This document shows positions 61,351 through 64,000 of a stretch of 64,000 nt of DNA, in pieces; the first letter of the stretch is position 1, and every line of letters starts with the position of its first letter. The position numbers and the translations under genes are program-made. Location of the stretch: the NCBI RefSeq assembly GCF_006345805.1, contig NC_043002.1, forward strand, positions 67,890,001-67,954,000, in the 5' to 3' direction. The notes beneath the pieces are model-generated. The model made no database searches. It was not told the DNA's origin and saw only the letters and a program-made list of their open reading frames with translations. Source of the stretch: Octopus sinensis. Its lineage: Eukaryota.

Positions 61351-62204
61351 ATGTGCATTAGGAATCTCACTACTTAGAGACATGTTTAATAAAGAGGAAA
61401 CTGAGTGAAGCTCTTGTTTCATAGCAATTCAAAAATACACAAAGAATTGAAATCTTATTTTGTTCAGCTGTATTAAAACCTTTTCTTTTCCATCCTCAAA
61501 TATCTTTCACACACACTACTTGGCTTCCACAATATTGGATGTTTTATTCAAGTGGGTTGCTGGTCTAATGCTTATCTCTTCTTCCTAGAAAAAGAGCTAG
61601 CTTTTTTCCTATGAGGAGAGTTGAACTAATATTGTAAGCTAAAATTCATTTGTTTGTTTTACAGCAAGATGCTCTTCCTGTCACCAATCCTTAAAAGATA
61701 TTTATTTATTTATTCCATGCACCTCTGAAAGCTCAGAGCTAGAGGAAAATTTTTAGACAGGGAATATCAACAGAGAACAGCATTTGTAACTTAGTGCTAG
61801 TTTCAAGCAAAGTACAGAATGTAAATAATCATACAGACATACCCATTGAGCATACATGCATGCACACACTTACACATATGCATACATTTATGTAATGGAT
61901 GACAACTGAAAATGAGTCATGTCATCAACTTCATTAGCTTTTCTGCAATAACAAGCAGTGTGCTAGGAGCTGAATGCTTGTGAACATCCTATAGTTTCCT
62001 TGTAGTCATTAAAATGAAATGATGTTTATTTTGGAAAGAATTTAAATACATAAATCCTATGTATTTAAATGATTTCCAAAATAAACACACACTTCATTTT
62101 AATGAATCAAAAAAAAACAAAAAAAACTATAGGATATTGCACAAGCACTCAGCTCTGAGTGCACTGCGTTTTATTGCAGAAATATGGCGTTTCTGTAAGC
62201 TGAT

Positions 62205-62405
62205 GGTGGTGAGCTGGCAGAAACGTTAGCATGCTGGGCAAAATTCTTAGCGGTATTTTGTCTGCCGCTATGTTCTGAGTTCAAATTCTACCAAGGTCAA
62301 CTTTGCCTTTCATCCTTTTGGGGTCGATTAAATAAGTACCAGTTACGCACTAAGGTCGATATAATCAACTTAATCTGTTTGTCCCCTATGTGTGTAGCCC
62401 CTTTT
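62205..62405 (+). mobile_element. SINE family C
   Basis: GAGCTGGCAGAAACGTTAGC...GTTCTGAGTTCAAATTC...GGGGTCGATTAAATAAGTACC. Confidence 0.9.
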
Positions 62406-62696
62406 GTGCAGAACTGAAACAAGAAACAGCAGTAAGCTAATGAAGTTGATGTCACTCCTTTTCAGATGTCATTCATTAATTAATATTTAACTCTAAAGCA
62501 TATGTGTATTGATTTCTAACAACTGGCTATTAGTATCACTATGCCTAAGCATAATCATGAAATACATTCACACACACACACACATATATGTCTTAAAACT
62601 AAACAGACACCTCTCATTTTGCATGGTATTTCAAACCTGTTACTGTATTATTTTCCATTTCAGATTACTGTATATTACTTGTTTATTGTAATTATT

Positions 62697-63095
62697 CATC
62701 CTGCAAACACCAGAAGCAAAAGAGTTGAGTGATTTTCAGTGAGTGAGTATTATAGTTCAATCTAAGGTAGGATTAAGCCAGTATAAAATTGCACACAAAA
62801 CCTTGAAATTCTTCTTGCCACAGTCAACAGAGTGATTCTATAAGTCATCAGCAAAGAAAAGGAATCGACAGCATCCTAGTCAAGCTGACCTGGGTCCTCT
62901 GACAGGTGTCTTCAAGTTGTCAAGTGGAATGCTGATAATAATATCCCACTGTAAGGCAGCTGGTGTTGCAGAGCAACTCCAAAAGAGTTGAAGTACTTTT
63001 GTGAGGTATCTCCATCAGCTTGGCTACTAAGGTAGAACAGCTAGAAAGAAATCTCTTCTTCGACTAGCAAATATCCAAAGAAGAAAGGGGAAATT
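62697..63095 (+). pseudogene. decayed Tc1-type transposase N-terminal (DNA-binding) fragment
   Basis: piecewise KELSDFQ...IIVQSKVGLSQYKIA, VRYLHQLGY*GRTARKKSLL; frameshifts and stops. Confidence 0.65.
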
Positions 63096-63124
63096 TTTTA
63101 AATATGGTCTTTATTTTTGAAGTG

Positions 63125-63366
63125 TGTGTGTGTGTGTGTGCTATGGGAGTACCCTTGTCTTGAAATCATGTGATAATTGTAAAGGAGCATCACTGTCTAT
63201 TCATTTACAGTCTTTTGTGGAAAACCTGTGAAGAAATACTACCTTTGTTGGAAACAAGTGAGGGTTGGTGACAGGAATGGCATCCAGCCATAGAAAATTC
63301 TGCCTCAACAAATTCCATCTGACCCATGTAAGCATGGAAAAATGGATACTAAAATGATGATGATGA
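63125..63366 (+). mobile_element. SINE family B 3' half
   Basis: GGAAACAAGTGAGGGTTGGTGACAGGAATGGCATCCAGCC...(GAT)n. Confidence 0.8.
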
Positions 63367-63574
63367 TATCTTCTAGCTGGCATGGGTCAGACAGTTAGAC
63401 AGGATCTGACACGAGTTGGGGGAATGGATTGAACTAATAACATATATTGATGTGACAATGAAGGTTTTTGAGAATTTGCAAAAGTATATTTGTTAATAAG
63501 AAAAAGGTTTAAGCAGATCGAAACATTTGTAATATGGAATTTAAATAAAGTAATGTGAAAATAACCAGACTTAC

Positions 63575-63652
63575 AAAGAGAGGCAAACCAGCGTGATACT
63601 TATTCCAGCAGACCCGTAGTAGCAAATTCCTGGATCAATTGCGACTGTAGCA
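63575..63652 (-). CDS. possible 78 nt exon of an unidentified gene
   Basis: acceptor ...aaatatacag, donor TTT|gtaagt; single open frame ATVAIDPGICYYGSAGISITLVCLS; locally GC/CpG-richer than flanks. Confidence 0.25.
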
Positions 63653-64000
63653 CTGTATATTTCATTAAAAGTTATAGAAGCAATCAAAGATGTGATATTT
63701 TGTAGACAAGATATGATGGTAAATAGTTTTCCTGAAATTTCAAATAAAAAAAAATGTTGTTCACGTCATAAGAATTTATAAATTTCAAGAAAAGGTGAAA
63801 TAATTATTTTTGGAATGGTGTATCTTGAAGTAAATAAAACTAAATATTGGGTTTAAAATACTTTGGATAGAAAATAATTAAGGCTGCAAGAATAAAGTTT
63901 CTAAAATAGAGAAATTCAAAAGATTCCTTTAATCCAATGTAGAATGCCTGTCTTGTTTAGAGATGTGGATTCATGTCCTAAGGGTATTCTTTGACATTTT

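Overview
AT-rich eukaryotic intronic or intergenic DNA with dense (TA)n/(CA)n/(GAT)n/(TAA)n microsatellites. The repeat families look like those of Octopus; this species call comes from recalled repeat families, not a search. No intact or nameable host gene is visible, and most ORFs in the supplied track are microsatellite artefacts or antisense shadows of transposons. Retroelements present: CR1-clade LINEs (one 2.4 kb EN-end + RT copy), RTE LINEs and many RTE 3' tails, R4/Dong-type fragments clustered in (TAA)n, a decayed Penelope-like (PLE) RT, and several tRNA-derived SINE families. DNA elements present: Helitrons, a DD36E Tc1 transposase, and piggyBac-, hAT-, pogo- and mariner-type MITEs. 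The best leads are: (1) minimal hammerhead-ribozyme motifs in PLE-type repeat ends, with three core variants, including a U3-A8 compensatory core in both arms of a foldback element; (2) one SINE head/core carrying either a CR1-derived or an RTE-derived tail, with both LINE ends present in the window; (3) a DD36E (Incomer-type) Tc1; (4) an exact head-to-tail Helitron pair; (5) many foldback structures; (6) a phase-compatible pair of candidate host exons near 59.7-60.2 kb, one a 27-nt microexon. These are mostly new instances of known element classes. I found no evidence for an undescribed multi-gene system.
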